A stretch of 63,917 nucleotides of DNA, counting the filler, from Lenisia limosa (taxonomy: Eukaryota > Protista > Breviatea), in the NCBI GenBank assembly GCA_001655205.1. It is 15 parts of 15 records of this genome, joined end to end, with 100 filler letters (N's around TTAATTAATTAA, not from the genome) between each part and the next. Parts side by side here need not be neighbours in the genome. Positions count along the whole stretch, not along the records: positions 46,343 to 48,998 come from LPNZ01005924.1; positions 49,099 to 58,554 come from LPNZ01007067.1; positions 58,655 to 60,626 come from LPNZ01003494.1; 12 more parts are not named here. One strand, 5' to 3'. A program made the translations under genes and the position numbers. This document shows positions 46,613 to 58,749 of this stretch, one piece after another. The notes under the pieces are model-generated. The model worked only from the letters and a program-made list of their open reading frames with translations, was not told the origin of the DNA and did not search any database. Within the stretch, counting starts at the first letter, position 1, and each line of letters opens with the position of its first letter.

Positions 46613-48776
46613 ACAATTCGATAAAAGGGCATTTGGGGCAGCGCAGTAAAGATAATGAGGCAGACAACGAATGTCAGGATCCAAACACAGCCCAGGGCTG
46701 AGTGGGTTAGAGATGACACAATATGAATCCCAAAATATATCAACAAAAGCAGGCAGGCATTCAGTCGTTTGACGTAACCTTGTGTGAAGATTCATATCGC
46801 CTTTTGCCTGGTTTTTTTTTTATTTCTTTTTGACCTATTTACATATATACTAGATTGCTATTTGCATACTATGGTACACAAAAATGGAGACCTTAGCTTA
46901 TATATGTAGCTATATCATAAGAAATCACGACCATTTGTAAAAAAAGACAAGTGTCCGAAAAAGCCCAGCAAAATATCGATATTTCTTTGGGAACTGCAGC
47001 TAACCCAAAAGCACAGTAGACCTACGTGGGCGTTTTATGAGGGAAGCGAGGTAACAGGCCACAGTGAGTACCACCAGGCCAATTGCGAAGCATATCAGAA
47101 CAAACTTCTCTTCCGCAAAGAATGGCCTTGAAAATAAGGGCAAAAAAACAGTCCAATTTTAAAGTTCCTTAGAATACATCACCCTCTTTTTATCAGTTTT
47201 GTATTTTCATATTTGACCCCACCCCCCAGTACTTGTCAGGTGAGTCGATTGGCTCAATCATATTGCAGACACTGGTGTAAATGCCATCAGTACTCATTGT
47301 TCGCTCCATCTCATCGTCCATGCTGAGGGGTGAGGCGAGTGGAGGGAAACAAAAACTGAAAATACGAAATAAAAGCTGCAACAAACGGGGAGAAGGGAAT
47401 TGCTAAAATAATTGAACCATTGCATATCAAGCTGATGGGGAGGGGGTGCGTTGGCCATTGAATCTATCTGTTTGCAATGAACTTTGCCTAAATGTCCTCC
47501 TTGATACTATCCATTACAAAATATCACAAGAGTAATCGAAAATCATCAGTAATTTCATAAAATGTATCATGTCAAACGAAGTGAATCATAAATATCTACA
47601 TAAATTATGATTGGATACTATGTCTTATACTATTTAACAACATGCGCAGTGTATATCCAAAATAAAGGGTAAGTTCAGCTGCCTACAAGACTCGGAAGAA
47701 GCCGTCATCAACATGCCAGAATGAGAGGTACGAGTTGAGTGAGTGTGACCGGTCAGACAAGTGGTCTACGAGGGTACAGATCTCATTTTGGGGACTAAAG
47801 AATCAGTAAGTGTCTCTGAACAGTGGCCACGAAGAATGATGTATCATATCTTATATGCTGAAATCTTGAGAAACTAAAATGCGATATGAAAAAGAGAGAG
47901 AAATGGCCTTATTGAAGCTATGATATTATGTCAGACCAAAATACCACAAATAGATTCAAGTGATCTTACTTGCTAATGAAGACCAGAGGACCTGCACTTG
48001 TCAGCTCAATTTGGGTGCAGTTGTGAGAAAACGCTAAGTTGGAAAAGACCACACCAGAATCACTGATTGTGACTTGCTACATGGTGTGAATAAGATCTCT
48101 CGGTACATATTATCTCGGAAAATTTCGAGAACAGAAGTTATAGTTAGTCAAAAAACAAAAAAAAAACCAATATTTAAACACAAAAAAAATCCGTCTTTCT
48201 ATGTGGAAGCTCAAGATTAGTACTTCCCACTACCGCAACTTCCTACGCACAGAAACAAAAGATCCTCATAAAAGCTTATCACCCCCTCCTAACATGGAAA
48301 GTCCTCAAGTCCGTTTGCGAAACGAAAAGCGGGGTAAGAGCTGGGGTAACGACAGAGGGAATTGCCGTGCTGTTGAATATGCCGACTGGCCAGGACGTGG
48401 GGCGAGTGCTGGTGGGGTGAAATGGAGTGTGGTGAAGAATTAGAGAAAAATCACATCCCGAATAACCTAAAGCTTCAAAGCAAAAACAAAAAAAGGAACA
48501 AAAAAAAAGTGGTAGCACAACCCAGGTAATAAATCAGTCCAATAAAAACTCAACATAGTACTTGTTCTGCCTAGATTTGAGGCGGCTTAACTTTGATTCA
48601 CAGTCAGGGATAACTGTACACTTTCGTAATTGAGTTGTACAATTATTTTTTCCTGAATCTGTCTTACGTGTTTTTATCCGTCCGCAGGTTGAAGGCATGA
48701 ATAACATGGCCGGATTCCTCATTTGTACACATGACCCATCCATTTGACCAGAACGAAGGGTGGTGTGGCATATAGG
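46613..48776 (-). CDS. Multi-exon membrane protein (at least 2 TM segments), partial
   Basis: Exons MDDEMERTMSTDGIYTSVCNMIEPIDSPD, KPFFAEEKFVLICFAIGLVVLTVACYLASLIKRP (hydrophobic) and LGCVWILTFVVCLIIFTALPQMPFYRI (hydrophobic). Linkage to the upstream exon TYMPHHPSFWSNGWVMC is uncertain. Confidence 0.45.
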
Positions 48777-49154
48777 TCTAGAGGGGGGGGGGAGGTTATA
48801 CCTAGCTGATGATAAAGCACAATTCCAAAAAAAAGTACTTAAGGACATTCTGAAATGTCACAGTTCACACCATTCCTTGGTAAACCCAGCACACGATTTT
48901 GGTCCATTTATTGTCCTCAGTATAGGCTGACAGGGTGTGATTGTGTCCCTTTTCGTTGATACATGACGTCTGCGGGGGGGAGGTGGGGGGGGGGGGGGNN
49001 NNNNNNNNNNNNNNNNNNNNNNNNNNNNNNNNNNNNNNNNNNTTAATTAATTAANNNNNNNNNNNNNNNNNNNNNNNNNNNNNNNNNNNNNNNNNNNNGT
49101 TTGGGCTGCCCCCCCCCCCATCAACATCCATCAGTTCCCCTTCTCATCCACCAG

Positions 49155-49292
49155 CCCCTCACCGAAGCCTGGGTGGAGTTCTCCGGGGACCACCACCTTT
49201 TGGAGCGTCTTCAGACGACGCGCGAGTTCTGGGGCAGACTACAGGCGGATGGTGTGACGAGCTTGGAGGACCTTGCAACCATGCGTACCTGA
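49155..49292 (+). CDS. Terminal exon of an unknown gene
   Basis: After ccaccag there are 46 codons, PLTEAWVEFSGDHHLLERLQTTREFWGRL...MRT*, with high GC. Confidence 0.4.
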   Translation, partial: PLTEAWVEFSGDHHLLERLQTTREFWGRLQADGVTSLEDLATMRT

Positions 49293-49619
49293 TGGCGGCT
49301 CAATATGTATCATTTTTGTATTTCTGTCTATGTGTGTTCTTTTTTTTTAGGTTCTTTCATGTTGAAGATGACTGTTGTTGTAAATGTATTTTCTGTTGAT
49401 TAATTTGGTGGTTGAAACACAAAGAAAAACGGCATTATGAACACCATCACGTTTGTGGATACAATTTGGACAACCTCAAATCAACAACAAATTTGCATTT
49501 AGCAAATCAAACCAGGAAACAAGCAACATTCTCAAAAAAAGAAATCAACAAACGAATCAGCTCTCACATCATGCAAGAACTCTCGGCTTGGGAGCAGGAA
49601 AATAGAGAGAGAGACGTCA

Positions 49620-50757
49620 TCAGAGCTTCTCCATTTTGTTTGCTGACACCTTGTCCGCAGTCTTCTTGCTGAGGTCTTTCAGGCCTGCAGTCTGAAGCGT
49701 TAAAATGAAAAAGGGGTGAAATACTCATTGAATATTCACCTGTTTTTATTTATGGAGTACGGGTTAAATAACTAATTAATTGCTAATTATTGTTCTGTTC
49801 CTGGGTCAAAGAAGACAACCCCCCTCTCTCCAGAATGCGAGAAAAAAACCCTTTATGCAACTGAACATTTCATAGATTGGTGCGCTAGGGGTTCACTCGG
49901 CTCCCAAAAAGAACAAAACTCCTTGATAAGTTTGTCAATAAATACAAGACATTTTCCCAAGGAATGCTCACCTTATGGTCGAACTGGCAACTATGCTGGT
50001 CAGGGTATCTATGACTGTTGCAGTACATGAAGCCACACTTGCACTCGAAGCCATTGAGGCCGACCTGGGAAATGAGAAGTGTGTTGCTAGAAATGAAAAA
50101 AGTTGAAAAGATGCACCTGGCCGACTTCAAATTAGCAGCAATTGTCCTTCAAAATAAACAAGTCCAATTCATTAAAATATAAAAAATAAAAATATATAAT
50201 AATGAACCCCTCGCATTGAGCAGCAATGCCCATCAAGAGAAAAGCCAATAGGTTGGCATGCACAACTCAAACAATGCATACAACATGCGAAATAAACAGG
50301 CTGATAGGAGTCCACAAACTTTCTTCCTGCAGTCATGGCATCTATTCTTCTTCTTCTTCTCAGGAACTGGCTCATCTACTTTCGGCCTAATTGATGAGTA
50401 AAATGATGACAACATTATGATAGAAAAGCCGAAAGCAACTCCCTAAGCCACAATCCCCCACTCTTCTGGTAACTTTTCGACAGGTTTCTTCACAATTGAG
50501 GGCGGGGGGCATGTAGGGGTAGTCTCAACCACGGGCTTAGGTGGTGCTGAGGCCATCATCTTGGCTTCTTCGAGTCTCTTCTTATCATTATAGCATTTTG
50601 AGCACATTCCGTTGAAGTTTGCATTGCTAAAAAACGTTACACGGCGATATCCCAATCTCCAATTCAAGTAATGAGAAGCCTACCCAAAGAATCCGCATCC
50701 CTGTTTGCAAAGAGTCGAAGACTCGGCATGAGAGGATGAAACCGCGCTATCAGCCAT
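49620..50757 (-). CDS. A20/AN1 zinc-finger protein (ZFAND5/6- or plant SAP-like), complete, 5 exons, 156 aa
   Basis: Exons 50757-50684, 50626-50462, 50386-50320, 50064-49972 and 49691-49620 total 471 nt in frame. A20 finger [22 protein letters not shown]; AN1 finger [39 protein letters not shown]; tail TAGLKDLSKK...KMEKL*(TGA). Confidence 0.93.
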
Positions 50758-51082
50758 CTTGAAAAGGGAAGAAACAGGTAACTTAGGCGTCGAAAAAAAT
50801 GGAAAGTAAGGTCTCTGGTGGAAAATGGACTTTTGGTAGCGTATATTTATATGGGTGGGCCAACAATAACCTCAGTTACTTCTAATACTTAAGTGAAATG
50901 ACTTTTTAGAAAATCACAAATGTAAAGAGTGTGCCGCCGTAATACAAAACTACCTCTTTCCTCTTCTTTGAACCCCTCTAATGAGGAAGAAAACCATAAT
51001 AAAATAGTAGTATATAATTTCAAAGTCTCATAAGAGGGAATTACCCTGTTCACTCCCAGATCAGCCCAGCCCTCAGAGCAGA

Positions 51083-54000
51083 ATGGAATCGCCACCAACA
51101 GCTTCCCTCACGGAGATGCGTGAGGGCAGTGGTGACTGGCGCAATATTCAGCATGTTATAAGGACAACATTAGGTATGATTTTCCTGGGATCTTCTGTTT
51201 TCCTTTTACCTCTTTTTTTTTTTGTTATTTTTGGTTGTGTTTGTTGCAGTTTATGATAGCGAATGTGCAATACTCAATAAATGGTTCGCTCTTCCCGTAA
51301 TATTCTAATAATTTTTTTTAACACGGATTTTCTTTGGAGTAAACAGATAAATAGTTGGAAAAACGTTGTTTTTGGCAGTAACGGCTGATTTTCATTCTTA
51401 ACCGTTATGCTCAAAGGGCTGCAAATATATCATGTATATGTATGTATGACGGATAAACTCAATATACAATGGTGAAGGCCATCACCAACAAGATATTAGG
51501 AAAAAGCCATCTATTAATCCCCATTTGCCGATATCCATTGCCGACATCCTTTATTATCCCCATTTTAGCCGGATACGGAGCTAGACTACAGCGAATGGAA
51601 GAGTCGCATGAGGAAAAGGTCCTTCTGATGACATCAAAGATATCACAGCTGGAGAAGGAGAACCAAGGTCTCAAAGTAGGGTCATGTACAAAAGTTGTTA
51701 TCTATAGAGGGGTTTTGAGAAACACAGGTAGATCGTATTTGAATAGAGTTACCTTTTGTTTTTATATATTTTTTTTATTTTTGTTTTGTTGTGTGATGTT
51801 TTTGCTTCATACGTTTCACCCCCAAGGACACAGTGGCTTCGCTTCGTTCAGGGTTGGAACGGGCAGCAAGTAGAACCAGTGTCGAGGCGTTGGCACACTC
51901 TCTTGAACAGGTATGTTGCTTTCTGCTACAATGACTGTGTTTACTGCAAATGAATTTCAACTCCAAGGGTTTATTAAGCTATTAGCCGCTTTTCATGAAC
52001 TTTCAATCCAGTTTATCTTGACCTTGAATTGTTTATCCCCGTCAGATCCGAGAAGAAGGTGTATCTGCGTCCACTTGGAGGTCACATCTGACGCATTACT
52101 CATCCCTTCAGTCAAGACTTGATGACGTTTTAAAGTCCAAGGTCTGCATCCCTGGAATCAGCCTGCATTTTTTCTGTTTCGAAAAGCTGATCCATTTTAA
52201 TAACAGTATCGTGCGCATGCGAGTCATATTGAACTTGTTCTTTCTTTTACTTCTGATCAATCCATTCTCTTGGAATTTGTCCATTGCTTATGTCTCCAGA
52301 TTGCAAGCAAAGATGTCGAAATGGCAATCAACGCTATTCATGAGGAGATTTCTTCAATTGAATCCGAAATGGTGACACAGGCCGACCTGTCGCAGGTTGG
52401 AAAGACCACGTAAAACTGTCAGATTCCTTTCCAAGGGATGAGAGAGGGAGGGGGGGCTTTTTCAAGCTCAACCATTCCTTTGTTCCCAATATTGAAAAGG
52501 TTTTTCACAAGTAATAAATTCTACCTCAAAGAGCAACACGTTTATTTTTGGCAGGTCAACGAAACAATGGCGACTTTGGCCTCCAAAAAGAGACTCGAGG
52601 ACATCCAGCATGGAACCGTTTCAACAAAGGTTTGCTTCTGGGAGTGCATCCTTGCTTTTCAGACTTGCTTATTTTTGGTTGCACAATTTTGAAAATTTAT
52701 ACCTCCTTTTACTGATAAATTCACAAATTCTTCCACAAAGCTACAACTTGATTATCGATCCTTCGCAGATGTATTGAGAAATTCAGTCTTTTGCTAACCG
52801 ATATAAACCTCAGTTCCAACAGTTTCTTACTCAAAAGGACTTGAAGACCCTCCGAACCGACTTATTGTCACTTCTAGATCTCAAGGCTGACGAGGCCCAT
52901 GTAGGGGGGTGTGTATAATACTGTAGTCGGTCGGGGGGGGGGGNNNNNNNNNNNNNNNNNNNNNNNNNNNNNNNNNNNNNNNNNNNNNNNNNNNNNNNNN
53001 NNNNNNNNNNNNNNNNNNNNTCTCGATATTTACCGGCCTTTTTCGAACAGAAGTTGAGCCCTAGATATAATCAAGGGGAAGGGGTAGTGATACATTTATC
53101 GTTGAAGGTGACCGAGTGCCTCTCTCGAAAGGCTGATGCTTCGTCGTTTTCAGGCTCCATCCAAACTAAGGCGTCTTCTGAAGAACTCTTGGTAGGCTCT
53201 ATATCTTGGCACACAGATATCAGTTACAAAATTTTGCATATTAAATGCTATTCATAAAATTAACTCCACAGAACGGCTTAGCTGCCAAGGCGGATAGATC
53301 AGAGATATCCAACATGGTTCACCAGTCCAACTCCTTCTGCTCGGAAATGATCGATAGTGGGGGAGGGGGGACCAAATAATATCTCCAAGTACTCCATAAA
53401 GAGGGAAGGGGACCCCTCTCCAAAATTCTTGCATTAACTGCTTCAGAGCTTCGAGATGAGTTGAAACAGAAGTTCACTGCTAAGGTGGGATGAATTGTTG
53501 TGGGAAAACTCAATTTGGAAAGAGAAATCATAATGCAGGATTTGATAAGATACTAAAAAAATTGCTCCCATTGCTTTCCACTTACAGTGTCTGAAATGCA
53601 ATTATCATAGTATTCTTTCATATGATATGCATGTGATATATTGATGATACTAGATCACAGAATTGACTCAACTATTGAAAATCAATACCTTTCTTCGTAT
53701 TATTTAATTGGCCTCTGATCTTCAAGGCGGACGTGAGGTCAGTAAATGCAGTTCTGTCTGAGATTGCTTCGGACATGGCGTCTTTTTCATCACGAAATCA
53801 ACCACTGGTGGGGGAGGGGGGTACTCACTCCTTTTTATTGTATTTTTATTTGGGGCAAATAACTCATCGCCTTTTCTGACAGTTTAGCAAGTAGACGACA
53901 CAAGACTCTCACAATTACGCAGGAGATGCGATTCTTTGGAGGTTGGAGGGCAACCACAACAGTTTTATGTAATATATTAGTATTATATATGATATAAAGA

Positions 54001-55918
54001 TGAGAAATAAAACAAGCTTGTTTCCGGCCGAAGCCGTCCACAGTTATATTATATTATTGCTATTATCATTCATAAATTACATTTACATTTTTTTTTTGTT
54101 TTTGACTTGATCAACGCGGTTTCACATTGTCACTAATGAATTCTTCCCTGTGATCGTGATATATTTGGAGAGCTGTTTTCTATAAAGATAGCCCCAGTTT
54201 CATGGGAGGCTCATTCTGTGTTATTGTTCCAAATTTGACGAGTATAGCAACTTGTTGAGGATTTGAATCGCTCGTCAAGATCATCGAGGGATAAGGTAGG
54301 AAAAGAACACTGACAATCACATAACTTTCGAAGTGATAAAGCAAGCACAATACTATAATTAGTGGGATAGGAGAAGAAAAGAACAAACCAAGAATGACAG
54401 TCAAGGCCGACACAGCGGAAGTGTCAAGGCTCGAACACGACCTCAAATCTGCAACAACAAGAATATTCAGTTCTATTGATGATCTATCTCAAAGGTGGGA
54501 ATGGGGAACTGCTTTTTAAGAAATTTGAAAAGATCCCGAAGTTGTAGCCTACATATATTCTTTCATCTTGGAACGTCTCCAAAGATTGTTGTCATCATTT
54601 TAGAGTGAGCCAAATGCCGTCAACAGTGGTTCCTCCCACTAAATCTAATATTGATTTCAACAATTTGGGCAATCAGGTGAGCCAAAGAGAAATGCGCTCG
54701 CTATTTTTTTTTTCTTGATTCTCAATACATGTATATAATTGTTGCAATTCTCATTTATTAACTTCCCCTTGTTATTGTTTTGTTTTCGTAACAATCACAA
54801 AAATCCATGTTCACCCACCCAGATGACCACATTTGTTAACGACGTTCAATCCGACCTCTCAAATATCAAAATGGAGTTTTCTGCACAGAGTTAATGGGAT
54901 GGCTTGGGGAAGAACCAGTTTGTTGGTCAAAGAAATGTGCACAAAATGCTGCTTTCATCTGATTTTGACTCTGTGTAGTGCAGTCATTGGCAAAGAGCAA
55001 AGCTGATGTTTCTGTGTACCAAGAGATTTCTCGTCTAAACTCCATTGTCAATTCTCGTTGTGAGAGGGTTTTTTTTTGCTCTTTGTCACGTTTTTGCAAG
55101 CACTATTGCAAACAAAGACGGATCAGGTAATTAATTATATTTCATTCAATTCTTCTCCCAACCTTTCTTGATTACTGTTCAGCCGCCCTTCCATCGTTTA
55201 ACACCCCACCACATCACAACCCTCCCGCCACCTCAATGCCGCAATCATCATACCCGTCGGGTGAGTATGGATCTATTGGATCAAGATTTGAAATGTTGTT
55301 ATTGTTGGAATGGGTACCACTAGAGTGATTGGGGTCCTATAGGCTAATCACTCTTTTTTGCCATATTCGGCGAGATTCTTTTTTTTTTTTTTTTTTTTTT
55401 NNNNNNNNNNNNNNNNNNNNNNNNNNNNNNNNNNNNNNNNNNNNNNNNNNNNNNNNNNNNNNNNNNNNNNNNNNNNNNNNNNNNNNNNNNNNNNNNNNNN
55501 NNNNNNNNNNNNNNNNNNNNNNNNNNNNNNNNNGACTTACGGAATCATTTTCTTTTTTGTTTCCTCGCTATTTCATTTTTCTTTTGTTTATTAAATTGTC
55601 TGGATATTTACGATCAAGTAGCAAACCAGACCTTTCCTCCGCATGCCCAGCACATACCCCTCAGCGAGCCCTTCAGGCATAGTGTTTATACCCCGTCACA
55701 GTCTTTTCAGCAACCGTGGGAAGGGAGGGGTGTGAATCTGTTCACGTCACATTGTTTTTTTTTGTGTCATATAGTGCGTGGGGATATCTCTTTATTCAGC
55801 GGATCAGGTTATTCGTTACATTACTCTGACTAGGGACTTGAGGGAGGCGTCAGAACCCATTCCTTCGGACCATTTGGACTGCATTAGCTCAGTGGCTAGA
55901 AAACATCTGAGGCCGTAG
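51083..55918 (+). CDS. Long multi-exon coiled-coil protein with recurrent (L/S)xxKAD motifs and a Pro/Ser-rich tail
   Basis: More than 15 spliced exons, e.g. MESPPTASLTEMREGSGDWRNIQHVIRTTL, LQRMEESHEEKVLLMTSKISQLEKENQGLK, LLSLLDLKADEAH, VTECLSRKADASS, NGLAAKADRSEI, KADTAEVSRLEHDL and SLAKSKADVSVY. The start and the stop (TAG 55916-55918) are tentative. Confidence 0.6.
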
Positions 55919-56323
55919 TCTTTTGTTCGTGTGCTTTATGTTGTTGTATTCATGGTGTGTGGTGTGGTTGTATTAGTATTATGTATTTCTTTAGGTTTTA
56001 CAACTTTTACATCAGACAACTTGACAACTTGACCTTCATTGCGCTGTATCAGCGCTGTACAGTTGTTGTATAGTTTTGAATTACTGAATTATTGATTATT
56101 GAGGCAAGGGCTGGGTAAAAGGAGGTTGAGGTAATGTGAGTCAGAAATCACCTTACGAAATAACCGTGGATGTGCGGTACCCCACTTATTTTATATATTT
56201 AACATGCTCTGATCTCACAAAAGCACAGAAAGAACGCTCATATCGATTAGAACAAGGTGAGATTTATGTTTTGGTGTATCTAAATGATATATATTGTGGC
56301 TTTTGGAGCCTTACCTTTTCAGA

Positions 56324-57475
56324 ATGAAGAACCTCGCTGTGATCTATGGCTCCCAATCAGGAAACGGGGAGAAGGCTGCTCTCAACCTCTTCGGACAATG
56401 CTTAAACAAGGGAATTAATGCCCGTAAGAGGCGTATGAAAGTTGAAGGATTTTGGATCTTCCTGTTTTTTCGATGTCATCAACCTTTCAGAGATGTTCAA
56501 GATGGAGAAGTATAAGAAGATTAATTGGGCAAGCTATGACCACTTCGTTTTCGGTTAGTCACTTTCTTCATCCATATTCGTATTGATTTGCTATCTTTTT
56601 CTCATTTGGGATCAAGGTAACATACCACATATCTTCTGACTTCTTTTGCTGTTAAATGGGGATTAAGATAATTTTGTGATGAGGATTAAGGATTAAGTGG
56701 CTTTGGTTTTGATAAAATCATAATAATACGATCAATCTTCGTTTTCTTTTCCCCGAAATGCAATAGTCAACACTAAATTGTTGAGATAATCCCAGTATAT
56801 TTCTGTCTCCTCTGACACCTGTAGTTCTCTCCACATACGAGGAAGGAGATGCACCCGAGTAAGAGTGATTTTTCGGGTTTCCCTATGCAGAATCATATCC
56901 CTGTTTAAGAGTATTGAATTTATTCGTTAGCATCTCACCCCCCCCCCCCNNNNNNNNNNNNNNNNNNNNNNNNNNNNNNNNNNNNNNNNNNNNNNNNNNN
57001 NNNNNNNNNNNNNNNNNNNNNNNNNNNNNNNNNNNNNNNNNNNNNNNNNNNNNNNNNNNNNNNNNNNNNNNNNNNNNNNNNNNNNNNNNNNNNNNNNNNN
57101 NNNNNNNNNNNNNNNNNNNNNNNNNNNNNNNNNNNNNNNNNNNNNNNNNNNNNNNNNNNNNNNNNNNNNNNNNNNNNNNNNNNNNNNNNNNNNNNNNNNN
57201 NNNNNNNNNNNNNNNNNNNNNNNNNNNNNNNNNNNNNNNNNNNNNCAGATCTTGGCAATATAGCGTCTTGCATATTTGACTTATAAGCACTATCAAATGC
57301 CTTACTTCTGTTTCTATTGTGACCGAGTTGTAAATGGATATATTAAATAATCAACATTTCTTTAAGCGTGACTGCTTTGGCTGTTCTCATTTCTTGATAT
57401 TGTGTGACCGACCTCTTAGGAACTTGGAGGCGAGGCCTTCATGCCCATTGTTCTTGCTGATGATGGTGTAGTTGG
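56324..57475 (+). CDS. Flavodoxin-fold FMN-binding domain (diflavin reductase family: CPR/NDOR1-like)
   Basis: Exons MKNLAVIYGSQSGNGEKAA (YGSQTG loop), QMFKMEKYKKINWASYDHFVF, VLSTYEEGDAP (cf. STYGxGDxP) and ELGGEAFMPIVLADD (cf. ELGAxxLxxxxxGDD). The downstream FAD/NADPH domain was not identified. Confidence 0.75.
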
Positions 57476-57516
57476 AGCGTGGGAGGGATCATGTTGATGG
57501 TTATGTGGCATACATA

Positions 57517-57584
57517 CAGTGACCTGGATAAGTCTTAATCGATTTGCTTTGTGATTTCCCAAGGAAAATCGGTCAAGACTTATC
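57517..57584. mobile_element. MITE family B copy, right end truncated
   Basis: TA-cagtgacctggataagtctt ... ccaaggaaaatcggtcaagacttatc. Confidence 0.75.
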
Positions 57585-58749
57585 ATTATTTTTTTTTATA
57601 ATTTCCTATTTTAACACTCTGATAGTTTACTNNNNNNNNNNNNNNNNNNNNNNNNNNNNNNNNNNNNNNNNNNNNNNNNNNNNNNNNNNNNNNNNNNNNN
57701 NNNNNNNNNNNNNNNNNNNNNNNNNNNNNNNNNNNNNNNNNNNNNNNNNNNNNNNNTGGTAGTTTTACAATATATTTGTTTCTTAGAATGGAGGGGACAC
57801 AGTTATACTTATGACATGATGGATAACATGCTAAGTATCTTACCTTAGATGACACATTTTCCAATAAGAGTATTGTGTATTGATATGTTCATTATCTGTT
57901 ATAATGCTATAGAGCAGAATATTTTTTGACACAAATTCAGTGGGTGTAAGAATATTAGGAATGCATCAACGTATCAAACACCAAAACTAGGCAAGGGAGA
58001 ACTCAACACTCTTCTTTTCCAACGCTTCCCTCAACTCCTCGGATACTCCGGCAAACGCATAGCCAGGGGTAATTACCTGGATCGTCAGACCACTTAGTGA
58101 TTCTCAATGACATTAAACATTTCAAAATATGATGGAAGAGTATCCAATTGTGTATCTAGAGGTTCTGTAATACGTTCCAAAGCGTATGTTTCAAGGGTAA
58201 GAAGTAACGGTCTCTGAAATAAGTCCCACTCTCACTCCTTTGGGAACTTTGTCGGGGTTGGTCCGGATTTGAGCCGCACAAGCCACCGCCATCACTGCTG
58301 TTCGGCTATACCCGGGGTCTGGGGGGGTTAGAAGATTTTTTGAAACAAGAGACATAATATACATTAGAAACAAATGGATACAGAGGGATACCATCTTTGG
58401 GGTAGGGAGATGGAGTAAAAATGGAAAACTTAAATTAACCAAAATCATTTGCGAAACACACAAGGGGATGACACCAACACAAAGCCCAGTCATGGCTTCT
58501 GCAGCACCCCTTTGGGGAGGATACAATTACAGATGAACTTACGTATCCAAGAAANNNNNNNNNNNNNNNNNNNNNNNNNNNNNNNNNNNNNNNNNNNNTT
58601 AATTAATTAANNNNNNNNNNNNNNNNNNNNNNNNNNNNNNNNNNNNNNNNNNNNTATATATATGATATACATAGCTATATATATATATGTACAAGTAGAG
58701 TTGTGAATTTCCTGTGTCCTCTTTGTTTACGCCATACTCACGTCTTCAG

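Noticed and set aside
55884-55918. tRNA A-box-like TAGCTCAGTGGCTAGA
   Set aside because: There is no B box or cloverleaf, and it lies in the probable last coding exon of the coiled-coil gene.
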